DNA from: Candidatus Rokubacteria bacterium 13_2_20CM_69_15_1
Lineage (GTDB): Bacteria > Methylomirabilota > Methylomirabilia > Rokubacteriales > CSP1-6
Direction: 5' to 3'
Length of the DNA: 64,000 nt
Assembly (NCBI GenBank): GCA_001914535.1
Contig: MNCR01000141.1
Location: 10,262-74,261, forward strand
Numbering within the stretch: position 1 is the stretch's first letter; each line of letters opens with the position of its first letter. Shown here in pieces: positions 32,397-40,062 of the stretch. The translations under genes were made by a program, and so were the position numbers. The notes below the pieces were generated by a model, which had not been told where the DNA came from, searched no databases, and saw only the letters and a program-made list of their open reading frames with translations.

Positions 32397-32695
32397 GAGC
32401 GCGGGGCTTCGTTGGTACCGGGGTCCGCGAGCCCGGGTCGCTCCGTGGGTGGCCTGCGAAAGGAGCGCTGGGCTTCGTTGGTAGCGGGGTCCGCGAGCCC
32501 GGCTCGGTCCGTGGGTGGCCTGCCAGAGGAGCGCGGGGCTTCGTTCGCCTCGTCCTCCGCGTGGAGCACCTGGTGCTTGATCGCCTCAATGTTTCGGAAC
32601 GCCCCGCTCGTCGCGCCCCAGATGAAGGCGCTGAGGGCGGCCCCGCCCATGAGCAGCGCCACGACGAACTCGCCCAGGGTCAGATGCTCGAGCAT
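32393..32695 (-). CDS. ccoS: CcoS/FixS-like cbb3 maturation protein with repeat-derived C-terminal tail
   Basis: The N-terminal 45 aa (LGEFVVALLMGGAALSAFIWGATSGAFRNIE) fit the CcoS pattern. The remaining ~55 aa are two 22-aa repeats encoded by the 66-bp tandem repeat. Confidence 0.6.
   Translation of the reverse strand: MLEHLTLGEFVVALLMGGAALSAFIWGATSGAFRNIEAIKHQVLHAEDEANEAPRSSGRPPTDRAGLADPATNEAQRSFRRPPTERPGLADPGTNEAPRS
32397..32555 (-). repeat. Tandem repeat, ~2.4 units of 66 bp (variant of repeat family A), in-frame inside the ccoS-like ORF
   Basis: GGGCTTCGTT recurs at 32404, 32470 and 32536. The reverse complement contains GGCCACCCAC and aligns with the first ~45 nt of the 86-bp unit core. 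Confidence 0.8.
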
Positions 32696-32708
32696 ACGGC
32701 GGTCTCCT

Positions 32709-34364
32709 TTACTCCCGGATTCCGGGGTAGTAAACGCGCGGCCGGCGGCCGTTGGCCCGAGCCAGGCCGGCCGACTCGCGCTCGGGGTCGAGGGCCAGCC
32801 GCGGGTGGTCGGCGCGGACGTCGGGCGAGTTGAGCGACGCCTTGGCCTCGGGGGAGAGCTGGAGCTTCTGTCCGGTCAGCGGATCGGCCCACGCCGAGAA
32901 CGAGAGCACGAAGTACGAGATCGCCCAGCGCTCCGCCTCGTTCATCGAGTCGGCGAACGAGGGCATGGGCGTGCCGTCCAGCCCGAGCGTCATCGTACGG
33001 TAGATGTCGGTGACATCGGAGCCGCCCTTGAATTGCCCCTTCGTAAAGTCCGCGGGGCGGATCGGAAACTTGAGGTCGTCCTTGAGCTGATCGGCCGACG
33101 GTCCGTCGCCCCTGCCGGTATCGCCGTGGCACTCCCAGCACTTGGCCTTCACGTAGAGCTGCTTTCCGCGGGCGAGGAGCTCGGACGTGGCCGGCGGCGG
33201 CGTCGGGAGCACGACCGGCGGCTCCGGCTTCTCCTCCTTCCACCGTCGCGAGAAGGTCTTGATGTACGTGATGACCGCGAGCCGCGCTTTGTCAGGGACT
33301 TCATGCCACGTCGGCATCGCGGTCCAGCGGACGCCGCGCGTGACCGTGCGGAAGAGGTCGCCGTCGGTCGGCAGCGAGCCGGACGGCGTCGAGCGGAACT
33401 TGAACGCGCCGATCGTGAAGTCGCGCGGCCGCGGGGAGAGGAAGGTGGCGGCGAGGCCGTTGCCGTCGCCCTTCGCCCCGTGGCAGCCGATGCAGTGCTC
33501 CCCATATTCCTCTTTGCCACGGGCGACGAGGTCGGCGGATTGTGGAATCCTCATCACGGAGAACGCCACGTTCTGCGGCTCGAAGACCTCCCGCCACGCC
33601 CCGCGATTCGTGCCGAGCTTCTGCACATACCTGACGAGTCCGACGAGCTCCTTCGTCGGAACCACCAGGAGGACGGACGTGAGGGCGGGCGGCTTGTCGC
33701 CGAAGGGCGTCAGGTCGAGGACCGGCGTGCCGTCGATCGGGAGCTCGCCGTCGGGCCGCGGGCGCACGAACACCAGGCCCGTCTCGTTGGGGAAGAGCAG
33801 CACCGGCTTGTCCTTGTTCATCGTGAAGTATTGCGAGACGGCTGGCGTCGCGTCGAGCTCGAGCCCCCCAGCGCCCGTGCGCACGGGGACCCGGGTCTGC
33901 TCGAAGAGCCACTTGAAGCTGGGCATGATCGACTCGGGCACCACCAGTCGCGGATCCCAATGGTGGGCGTAGTGCCAGTCGTCGGCGTACTTGAGCCCCA
34001 CGCGCGTCAGGTCCGGTCCGATGCGTCGGGTGGAGAAGAGATGGGGGAGGTCGAAGGCGTACTCGCCGGCCTCGGAGACCGGCCCCCACCTGAGCTCCTC
34101 GCCGGCGACCGGCCGCACGTACTGGCTGTGGCAGTACCAGCACCCCTCGCGGATATACACGGCGCGCCCGAGCTTCTCGAGTGGCGTGTAATCGCTCGAC
34201 TCGTACCGCACCCACTTGATTTCCCCGAGGTCCGTTCGCACCGCGCGGCTGACTCGCTTCGTGCGGGACTCGGGCAGGATGGCGGGGAGAAAGCCCTGAA
34301 CGAAGATCGCCAGCGTCACGAAGCCGAATCCCGCCCCGATCGCGAGGGACTTGATCGATCTCAT
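32709..34364 (-). CDS. ccoO: cbb3-type oxidase subunit II (CcoO) fused to a dihaem CcoP-like cytochrome c domain
   Basis: N-terminal TM helix plus REGCWYCHSQYVRP (CcoO signature). Two further CXXCH motifs (CIGCH, CWECH) lie in the C-terminal ~300 aa. Confidence 0.88.
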   Translation of the reverse strand: MRSIKSLAIGAGFGFVTLAIFVQGFLPAILPESRTKRVSRAVRTDLGEIKWVRYESSDYTPLEKLGRAVYIREGCWYCHSQYVRPVAGEELRWGPVSEAGEYAFDLPHLFSTRRIGPDLTRVGLKYADDWHYAHHWDPRLVVPESIMPSFKWLFEQTRVPVRTGAGGLELDATPAVSQYFTMNKDKPVLLFPNETGLVFVRPRPDGELPIDGTPVLDLTPFGDKPPALTSVLLVVPTKELVGLVRYVQKLGTNRGAWREVFEPQNVAFSVMRIPQSADLVARGKEEYGEHCIGCHGAKGDGNGLAATFLSPRPRDFTIGAFKFRSTPSGSLPTDGDLFRTVTRGVRWTAMPTWHEVPDKARLAVITYIKTFSRRWKEEKPEPPVVLPTPPPATSELLARGKQLYVKAKCWECHGDTGRGDGPSADQLKDDLKFPIRPADFTKGQFKGGSDVTDIYRTMTLGLDGTPMPSFADSMNEAERWAISYFVLSFSAWADPLTGQKLQLSPEAKASLNSPDVRADHPRLALDPERESAGLARANGRRPRVYYPGIRE

Positions 34365-34380
34365 GGCGCGTCCACGCCCC

Positions 34381-35772
34381 TCACGCCGACCGCCGGGCGA
34401 GGGAGCCCTTCAGCAGGGTGTAGACCACGAGTGACATGCCGATGTCCATCGAGATCCCGGTGAACGTTCGCACCCACCAGTACGGGCGGATCGCGGTGAC
34501 CGTCTCCAGGAACTCACTCTGCGCCATGAGCATGTAGCCCTGCTGCAGCCCCTGCGCGCTGAGGACGAGCCCCATCGCCCCAATGCCGAGCGTGACGAGC
34601 CAGAATCCCCAGTTGGCGAGCGTGAAGCTCCAAAGCTCCGAGCCCGTGATCCGTGGCCAGACATAGATGGCGCCGGCGATCGCCCACACGACGAAAGTGC
34701 CGAAGACGGTCAGGTGCGAGTGGGAGATCACGAAGTCCGTGAAGTGAGTCGGCTGCTGGAGCGCGCGGAGCGCCTCGAGCGAGCCCTGAAAGCACCCGAC
34801 GAGGTACATGATGGAGCCCACGATCAGAAACTTGGCGGGGAGGTTCCGGCCGAACTCCTGCCACCGGCCGATCATGGTGCCGAAGAAGTTCTGGAGCACC
34901 GTCCACACCGGAATGATCAGCATCATAGAGGAGACGATGGCGATCGTCTCGGCCCAGTCGGCGATCGGAGAGTAGAGGTAATGGTGAATCCCGACGAACG
35001 GATAGAAGAATGCGAGGGACCAGAACCCGATCAGCGACAGCTTGTGGCTGTAGATCGGGTTCCGAACGCTGGCGGGGAGAAAATAATAGATGAGGACATA
35101 GCCCGCCGGCGTGATCCACAGCCCCACCACATAGTGGATGAACAGGCCGTGCCATGCCGCGTTGTTGATCCCGGGGATGTGGTACGGACCGAGCATCAGA
35201 AGGATGAGGTTCACGTCCGTCCAGACGAAGGCCGCGATGAGATACCAGAGCGAGACGTAGAGCGGGGCCTCCCGGCGGTTCTTGATCGTGATCAGGAACT
35301 GCGCGGTCAGGAAGAGGAGCGCCAGGAAGATGACGATGACATTGACGAGGGCGAACTCTCCCGCTTCCCAGCCGCGGTTCCAGCCACCCGCGAGGAGGAG
35401 GACCGCGACGGCCAGGTTCACGTTCCAGACCCAGATCAGCCAGTGGCTCCAGCGCTCGTTCCACAGCCTCACCCCGCAGAGGCGCGGCACGATGTAGTGG
35501 CAGAGACCGATGAAGAGGGTCGAAAACGCACCCCAGATCACGCCGTTGACGTGGATCGGACGGATCCGGCCGAAGGTGAGCCAGGGGTGACTGCCGAGAA
35601 ACTCCGGGTATGTGAACTTGGTGGACAGAATGACGCCCACGGTCGGAAAGAGAAGCAGCCAGAGGAACCCCGAGGCGAGCCACTTCCGGGTCAACTCCCG
35701 GTCGACGACGTCGTCGTTCAGGCGCCGTGCGTTCGCGATCCGCGCCTCCTCGGCCGGTCCGGTGCCGCCCAT
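34381..35772 (-). CDS. ccoN: cbb3-type cytochrome c oxidase subunit I
   Basis: 463 aa, 12 TM helices. Shows RPIHVNGVIWGAF and the His ligand pattern of C-family haem-copper oxidases. Confidence 0.93.
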   Translation of the reverse strand: MGGTGPAEEARIANARRLNDDVVDRELTRKWLASGFLWLLLFPTVGVILSTKFTYPEFLGSHPWLTFGRIRPIHVNGVIWGAFSTLFIGLCHYIVPRLCGVRLWNERWSHWLIWVWNVNLAVAVLLLAGGWNRGWEAGEFALVNVIVIFLALLFLTAQFLITIKNRREAPLYVSLWYLIAAFVWTDVNLILLMLGPYHIPGINNAAWHGLFIHYVVGLWITPAGYVLIYYFLPASVRNPIYSHKLSLIGFWSLAFFYPFVGIHHYLYSPIADWAETIAIVSSMMLIIPVWTVLQNFFGTMIGRWQEFGRNLPAKFLIVGSIMYLVGCFQGSLEALRALQQPTHFTDFVISHSHLTVFGTFVVWAIAGAIYVWPRITGSELWSFTLANWGFWLVTLGIGAMGLVLSAQGLQQGYMLMAQSEFLETVTAIRPYWWVRTFTGISMDIGMSLVVYTLLKGSLARRSA

Positions 35773-35818
35773 GCTCCCCCTCTCCTATCCGGACGTCGTG
35801 ACTGCCACCGTCGCTATA

Positions 35819-36685
35819 TCACGAGAAGCGGATCGGATGCGCGGCCTCGAATCGCTGCCCGCGGTTGTTCGTGAGGACGACCCGCACAAGGCCCTCGCTG
35901 TGGGCGCGGAGCCTGAACGCGATGAAGGGGTTATCGCTGAGCGCCGAGGTCAGCGTGAACTGGCTGATGGGCTCGTCTCCGTAGAAGACGTTCATCGCCG
36001 TGAGGTAGAGGGGCTCCCCGGCCTGGACGAACGTTCCCTCTCGAACCTCCAGGCCCGTTCGGCTCGGGTGCTTGGTCTTCACCTGGACGTCGATGGTCTC
36101 GTCGGGACCGATGCGACCATCCGCGATCAGCTGCGGGATCCGGATCGCCGGGGGACCGATCTCGTCGGGGCCGCTGCGGCCGGACGGCGGTGCGGTCCCG
36201 GCGCAGCCACCCGCGCCCTCGGGGATCGTGATCGACTGCGTGGTGTGCCAGCGGGCGTGGCGACTGCACTCGGCCGTCGCCGCGACCTCGGAGGCGCCAT
36301 GGTCCAGCCGGATCTGGAAGGCGATGTAGACCTGACCGTTCAGCGGCCCGAAGTTGAATATGCCCTTCAGGGGGACGGGGTCGCGCTCGTTCACGACGCT
36401 GATACGCGTGATGTAGTGACCCGGCTCCATCGGGTGGGACATCTCGACGGCGACCGGGACCTTGGCTCCGTTGCTGGTGAAGCTCGGCAACTTGAGTCTC
36501 GGCGAGTGGAGGCCTTCGGACGGCGGGAGCGCACCGGGACCGGCGCCGTGCACTGGCACGGGTTCGGAGCGGACGAAGACGCGACGAATTTCCCCCGCCG
36601 CGACCAGCCCCACGGCCGCCGGCACGACGCCCAGGAAGCTGCGTCTGGATAGCCGCCGCGGCCGTGAGGCGGGTTGCGGGCTCAT
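35819..36685 (-). CDS. Fused SoxY-SoxZ sulfur-carrier-like protein, Tat-exported
   Basis: SRRSFLG twin-arginine signal. SoxY-like region P-FTSNGAKVPVAVEMSHPMEPGHYITRISVV..NFGPLNGQVYIAFQIRL ending in GGCAG (36197-36211). SoxZ-like region IRIPQLIADGRIGPDETIDVQVKTKHPSRTG...SDNPFIAFRLR follows. Confidence 0.85.
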   Translation of the reverse strand: MSPQPASRPRRLSRRSFLGVVPAAVGLVAAGEIRRVFVRSEPVPVHGAGPGALPPSEGLHSPRLKLPSFTSNGAKVPVAVEMSHPMEPGHYITRISVVNERDPVPLKGIFNFGPLNGQVYIAFQIRLDHGASEVAATAECSRHARWHTTQSITIPEGAGGCAGTAPPSGRSGPDEIGPPAIRIPQLIADGRIGPDETIDVQVKTKHPSRTGLEVREGTFVQAGEPLYLTAMNVFYGDEPISQFTLTSALSDNPFIAFRLRAHSEGLVRVVLTNNRGQRFEAAHPIRFS

Positions 36686-36704
36686 TGCCGACCCGAACTC
36701 CGTC

Positions 36705-37166
36705 CTAGTGGCGGCCCGGATCGAGCTTGGACCCTCGGTTCGACCAGTAGATGTAGGTCTCCAGCGCCTTCATGGCGTCCCCGTCGGGATCGATCTTCAC
36801 CCCTTCGTTCGGCTTCTCGATGCACCAGTTGATCATGTCCCGAAGCGTCGCGAACTTGTTGATCTGCTCCTGGAACTTGGGGAACTCGTGGGGATGGTTG
36901 TCTGATCCGAAGGGATGGCACATGGCGCAGGCCATTCCGGTCTTGGAAAGCGTGACACGGAGCCTCTTCTCGGTGGCGCCATCCCCGTGGAAGAGGAGAT
37001 CACCGATCTTGACCTGCTCCATGAACTCTTCGTCGAACGCCTTGAGCTGGTCTGGCGTGTGCTTCTCCTTGTGGGCCAACGCCCGGTCCGTTCCCGGGCT
37101 GGCGAGCATGACCAGCAGGCCGAGGAAGACACCCAGCGCCGTCAGCACGTATCGAGTTCTCTTCAT
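36705..37166 (-). CDS. Periplasmic monohaem c-type cytochrome
   Basis: Signal/anchor helix and a single CAMCH motif. The distal segment LRDMINWCIEKPNEG...MKALETYIYW reminds me of SoxA/TsdA-type cytochromes, from memory only. Confidence 0.8.
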   Translation of the reverse strand: MKRTRYVLTALGVFLGLLVMLASPGTDRALAHKEKHTPDQLKAFDEEFMEQVKIGDLLFHGDGATEKRLRVTLSKTGMACAMCHPFGSDNHPHEFPKFQEQINKFATLRDMINWCIEKPNEGVKIDPDGDAMKALETYIYWSNRGSKLDPGRH

Positions 37167-37204
37167 CGCCCTCCTCCCTCCGCGGGTGTGAGCTCCGCCG
37201 GTCA

Positions 37205-38422
37205 TCACTTGTAGGCGCCGTAGTACGGCCACTCGCGATCGGCGATGCGTGGGCTCAAGACCTGGTTCACGTTGTCCGCGCACCCGGAGTCCCAGAGGGC
37301 CTCGCCGACGATGTCTTTCCGCCACATCACATACTCGTTCTGGATCTTCTCGGCCGACATGGTGAGCCTGGACCATCCCACGCCGTCGAAGTGGTCGCCC
37401 GGATCCACCCGCACCAGGCATCGGGTCAGCGTGGGCACGCCTTCCGGCGCGTACGGCCACGTCCACGAAGTCGCGAGCATGCCGATCGAGCGCATCTTCC
37501 CGACCTCGTTGTAGAGCACCTGATGGGTGTGCCCGTGGACGTTCGTGACGTTCGTGTAGGGCTTGAGGACCTCGTGAACCTCCCGCCAGTCGCGTACCCA
37601 GAAGTTCCAGGGCGGATAGTACTCGTAGAGGGGGTTGTGGCTGAAGATCACGACGGGATTGCCCTTGGGCCAGTTGGAAAGCGTGCGATTGAGCCACTCG
37701 AGCTGATCGCGGCCCACGCCGGCCCACGCGCCGGCCACGGAGCCGTCCAGCGTCGCCATGTGGCCCATCCGCTCCTTGGGCGTCATCTTTTTGGCGGTCC
37801 AGTAATCGGGACCGCGGCTGACCGTGTCGAGCCCCACGAACCGCACGCCCTTGTGGTCGAACGTCCAGTTTGGCGGGCCGAAGAGCTGCTGCCACTTGGC
37901 ACCCATGTCCAGGTACCAGTCGTGCTCACCTGGGATGAAGACTTTCCGGATCTTCACCTCCTTGAGGATGTCGTTGCCGAGGTCGAGCTCGACGGGATCG
38001 CCGAGCTGCGCGAGGTCCCCCCCGTGAATCAGGAAATCCGCCGGGGGCGACATGGCCTGCACCTCCTTGACGGCGCGCGTGGCCTTCTCGACGAAGCGCG
38101 TGTTGACGTTCTTGGGATAGAGGTGGTTGTCCGAGACCCACGCGAACTTGAAGGTCTCGGCGCCGAACGCGAGGTCTAGGGTGTTGACGAGAGGGAACCA
38201 CCCGTACGTCGCCGCGCCGGCGGCCGCGCCTGCCAACAGCGATTTGTGGAGGAAGATGCGGCGCGTGATCGCGAGTGAGGGGTCGGGGCGCTCGCCCGGT
38301 TTCCTCAACTCTGCGTCCATCTCGCGCCGCGTTCGCTGGATCTCGGAGCACGAGCGGGCCTTCCGCCACCAGGCCCGCCGGGCCTTGTCTCTCGCGAGGT
38401 CGAGTCGATCGTGATCGTCCAC
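37205..38422 (-). CDS. Tat-exported calcineurin-like metallophosphoesterase
   Basis: TRRIFLHKSLLAGAAAGAA Tat motif. MPE motifs WVSDNHL, HGGDL, PGEHDW, FSHNP and HGHTH. GTG start preceded by AAGGAGG. Confidence 0.85.
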   Translation of the reverse strand: MDDHDRLDLARDKARRAWWRKARSCSEIQRTRREMDAELRKPGERPDPSLAITRRIFLHKSLLAGAAAGAATYGWFPLVNTLDLAFGAETFKFAWVSDNHLYPKNVNTRFVEKATRAVKEVQAMSPPADFLIHGGDLAQLGDPVELDLGNDILKEVKIRKVFIPGEHDWYLDMGAKWQQLFGPPNWTFDHKGVRFVGLDTVSRGPDYWTAKKMTPKERMGHMATLDGSVAGAWAGVGRDQLEWLNRTLSNWPKGNPVVIFSHNPLYEYYPPWNFWVRDWREVHEVLKPYTNVTNVHGHTHQVLYNEVGKMRSIGMLATSWTWPYAPEGVPTLTRCLVRVDPGDHFDGVGWSRLTMSAEKIQNEYVMWRKDIVGEALWDSGCADNVNQVLSPRIADREWPYYGAYK

Positions 38423-38480
38423 TGCGGTCGCCTCCTTTCCCGCTGACGAACCGTCGTGCCAGACAGAGCCGCCTGACGCG

Positions 38481-39206
38481 TTACTTCTTCAGCTCGACCG
38501 TAACGGGCACCACCTCCTTCGCCTTCACGGTCACGGGGATCTCGGCCTCCCCGGTGTACTCCTGCCACGCGACGAGCGTGTAGGAACCCGGCGGAACGTC
38601 TTTGATCGTGAACGTGCCGTCCTTCGCGGTCAGCGCATAGTAGGGGGTGTCCGCGACGTACACCCAGCCGAGCATCCAGCCATGCGCGTCGCACTCCACG
38701 CGGACGATGCCTGGCTTCTTCAGCTGCCGCTTGATGCGCTGACCCTGGTTCGGCAGCGCCACGTTGAACGCGGTGAGCTTCCCGTAGAACCCGTGCGTGT
38801 TGTGCAGGACCGGGTCCGAGTTCACGATCTCGAAGTCGCCCGCCGAGATGACCTGCACGTGCGGCTTGAAATCGCATTTGACGTTATCGATGTGCGGGGT
38901 GGCCGCCGGCTTTTCCCAGGCCTTGCCCTTCCCGATGCCCGTGAGGTAGACCACCGCCTCTTGGACCGCGTTGTCCGGGCCGAGCAGGATCTGATCCACC
39001 TCGCGCACGCCGCTGCCGCACGTCTCTCGATCCTTGGTGGGGATGACCTTTCGCTTGGCCGGCGGGCTTCCCTGGAAGAGCACCTTGCCCTTGATGGTTC
39101 CGCCGTCGCTCACCGTGGCGATCTCGTAGGGCTCTCCGAAGAAGGGCACGCCCGCCACCATGACGGCGACCGCGAGCACCGCCGGCGCCAGTCGGGAAAG
39201 CTTCAT
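38481..39206 (-). CDS. Secreted cupredoxin-like (type-1 Cu ligand pattern) protein with C-terminal Ig/CarboxypepD_reg-like domain
   Basis: Signal peptide. H...C-x2-H-x2-M arrangement (VLHNTH ... VECDAHGWM) as in amicyanin-type sites. C-terminal TAKDGTFTIKDVPPGSYTLVAW beta-sandwich. ATG at 39206 has an AAGGAG RBS. Confidence 0.7.
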   Translation of the reverse strand: MKLSRLAPAVLAVAVMVAGVPFFGEPYEIATVSDGGTIKGKVLFQGSPPAKRKVIPTKDRETCGSGVREVDQILLGPDNAVQEAVVYLTGIGKGKAWEKPAATPHIDNVKCDFKPHVQVISAGDFEIVNSDPVLHNTHGFYGKLTAFNVALPNQGQRIKRQLKKPGIVRVECDAHGWMLGWVYVADTPYYALTAKDGTFTIKDVPPGSYTLVAWQEYTGEAEIPVTVKAKEVVPVTVELKK

Positions 39207-39237
39207 CACCCTCTGCTCCTTTCCCACGCGTCGCCGA

Positions 39238-40062
39238 TCAGAGATGGGCCGACGGACGCGGCAAGGGCTCGAGCTTCTCGTCCGGCGCGTGGCACATCAG
39301 GCAGGCGCGGTCCCCGATCTCCGAGACGATCGTATAGCCGGCGCCCTGGGACCGCCAGATCACCACGTCGTAGCCGCGGTGACTGACCACCTTGAAGCGA
39401 GGCTTGTCCTTCAAACGAAGCTTGCGGTAGGCATCTTCCGGGATGATGAAGAGCGACACGTTGTTCCCGTCCACTTCATATTCGAGGGCCGCCACTTCGA
39501 CCTCCCTCAGGTGAGAGATCCGGCCCCCGAGGAAGCGCAGGCGCTCGGTCTTCAGATCCGGCAGATTCACGTTGAACGCGAGCCGCTTCTTGAACCACTC
39601 CTCGGCCGCCTTCGGCGGCACGTCTTTGATATCGGGCGGCAGGAGGTCTCGGACGAGCTTCTGGTGCTGCTCCACCGCGGCGTCGGCCAGCTCGGCCAGC
39701 GTGGTTCGGGTTCCGAGGTGCGACTGGAGCGCCATGCCCGCGCCGAGGCCGACGACGATCAGCAGTGCGGCCCCCACGCCGCCGACAACGGACCGCGTGA
39801 ACCGGCGCTGCCGGCGAGCCCCGCGCCGCCCCTGGCCGAGCTCACCGAGCAAGGCGGTCACCCGCTCGCGGACCGGCTCCGGGGCTGGGTCCGGTCGCAA
39901 CCGGTCCACGTAGGCCTCCCGGAAGGCGACTTCGAGGTCGAGGAGCCGGCGGCACGCGCCACAGCGCGCCACGTGCGCCTCGATCTCACCCCGAGCCTCC
40001 GGGGTGAGCTCTCCGTCGACGTAGGGGAACAGCTTGGATTTCGCCGTGCTACAGTCCATCAT
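39238..40062 (-). CDS. Transmembrane anti-sigma factor (zf-HC2) with C-terminal CXXCH
   Basis: HVARCGACRRL H-x3-C-x2-C motif and one TM helix (VVGGVGAALLIVVGLGAGMAL). The ~165-aa outer domain ends with CLMCH (39289-39303). It overlaps the sigma gene stop. Confidence 0.8.
   Translation of the reverse strand: MMDCSTAKSKLFPYVDGELTPEARGEIEAHVARCGACRRLLDLEVAFREAYVDRLRPDPAPEPVRERVTALLGELGQGRRGARRQRRFTRSVVGGVGAALLIVVGLGAGMALQSHLGTRTTLAELADAAVEQHQKLVRDLLPPDIKDVPPKAAEEWFKKRLAFNVNLPDLKTERLRFLGGRISHLREVEVAALEYEVDGNNVSLFIIPEDAYRKLRLKDKPRFKVVSHRGYDVVIWRSQGAGYTIVSEIGDRACLMCHAPDEKLEPLPRPSAHL

Noticed and set aside
38446-38461. Sigma54-like promoter TGGCACG-N4-TTCGT on the minus strand upstream of the Tat-metallophosphoesterase.
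   Set aside because: The -12 element reads TTCG rather than TTGC, so the GC dinucleotide is displaced. The predicted start would leave almost no leader before the RBS. No enhancer-binding AAA+ activator is in the window.
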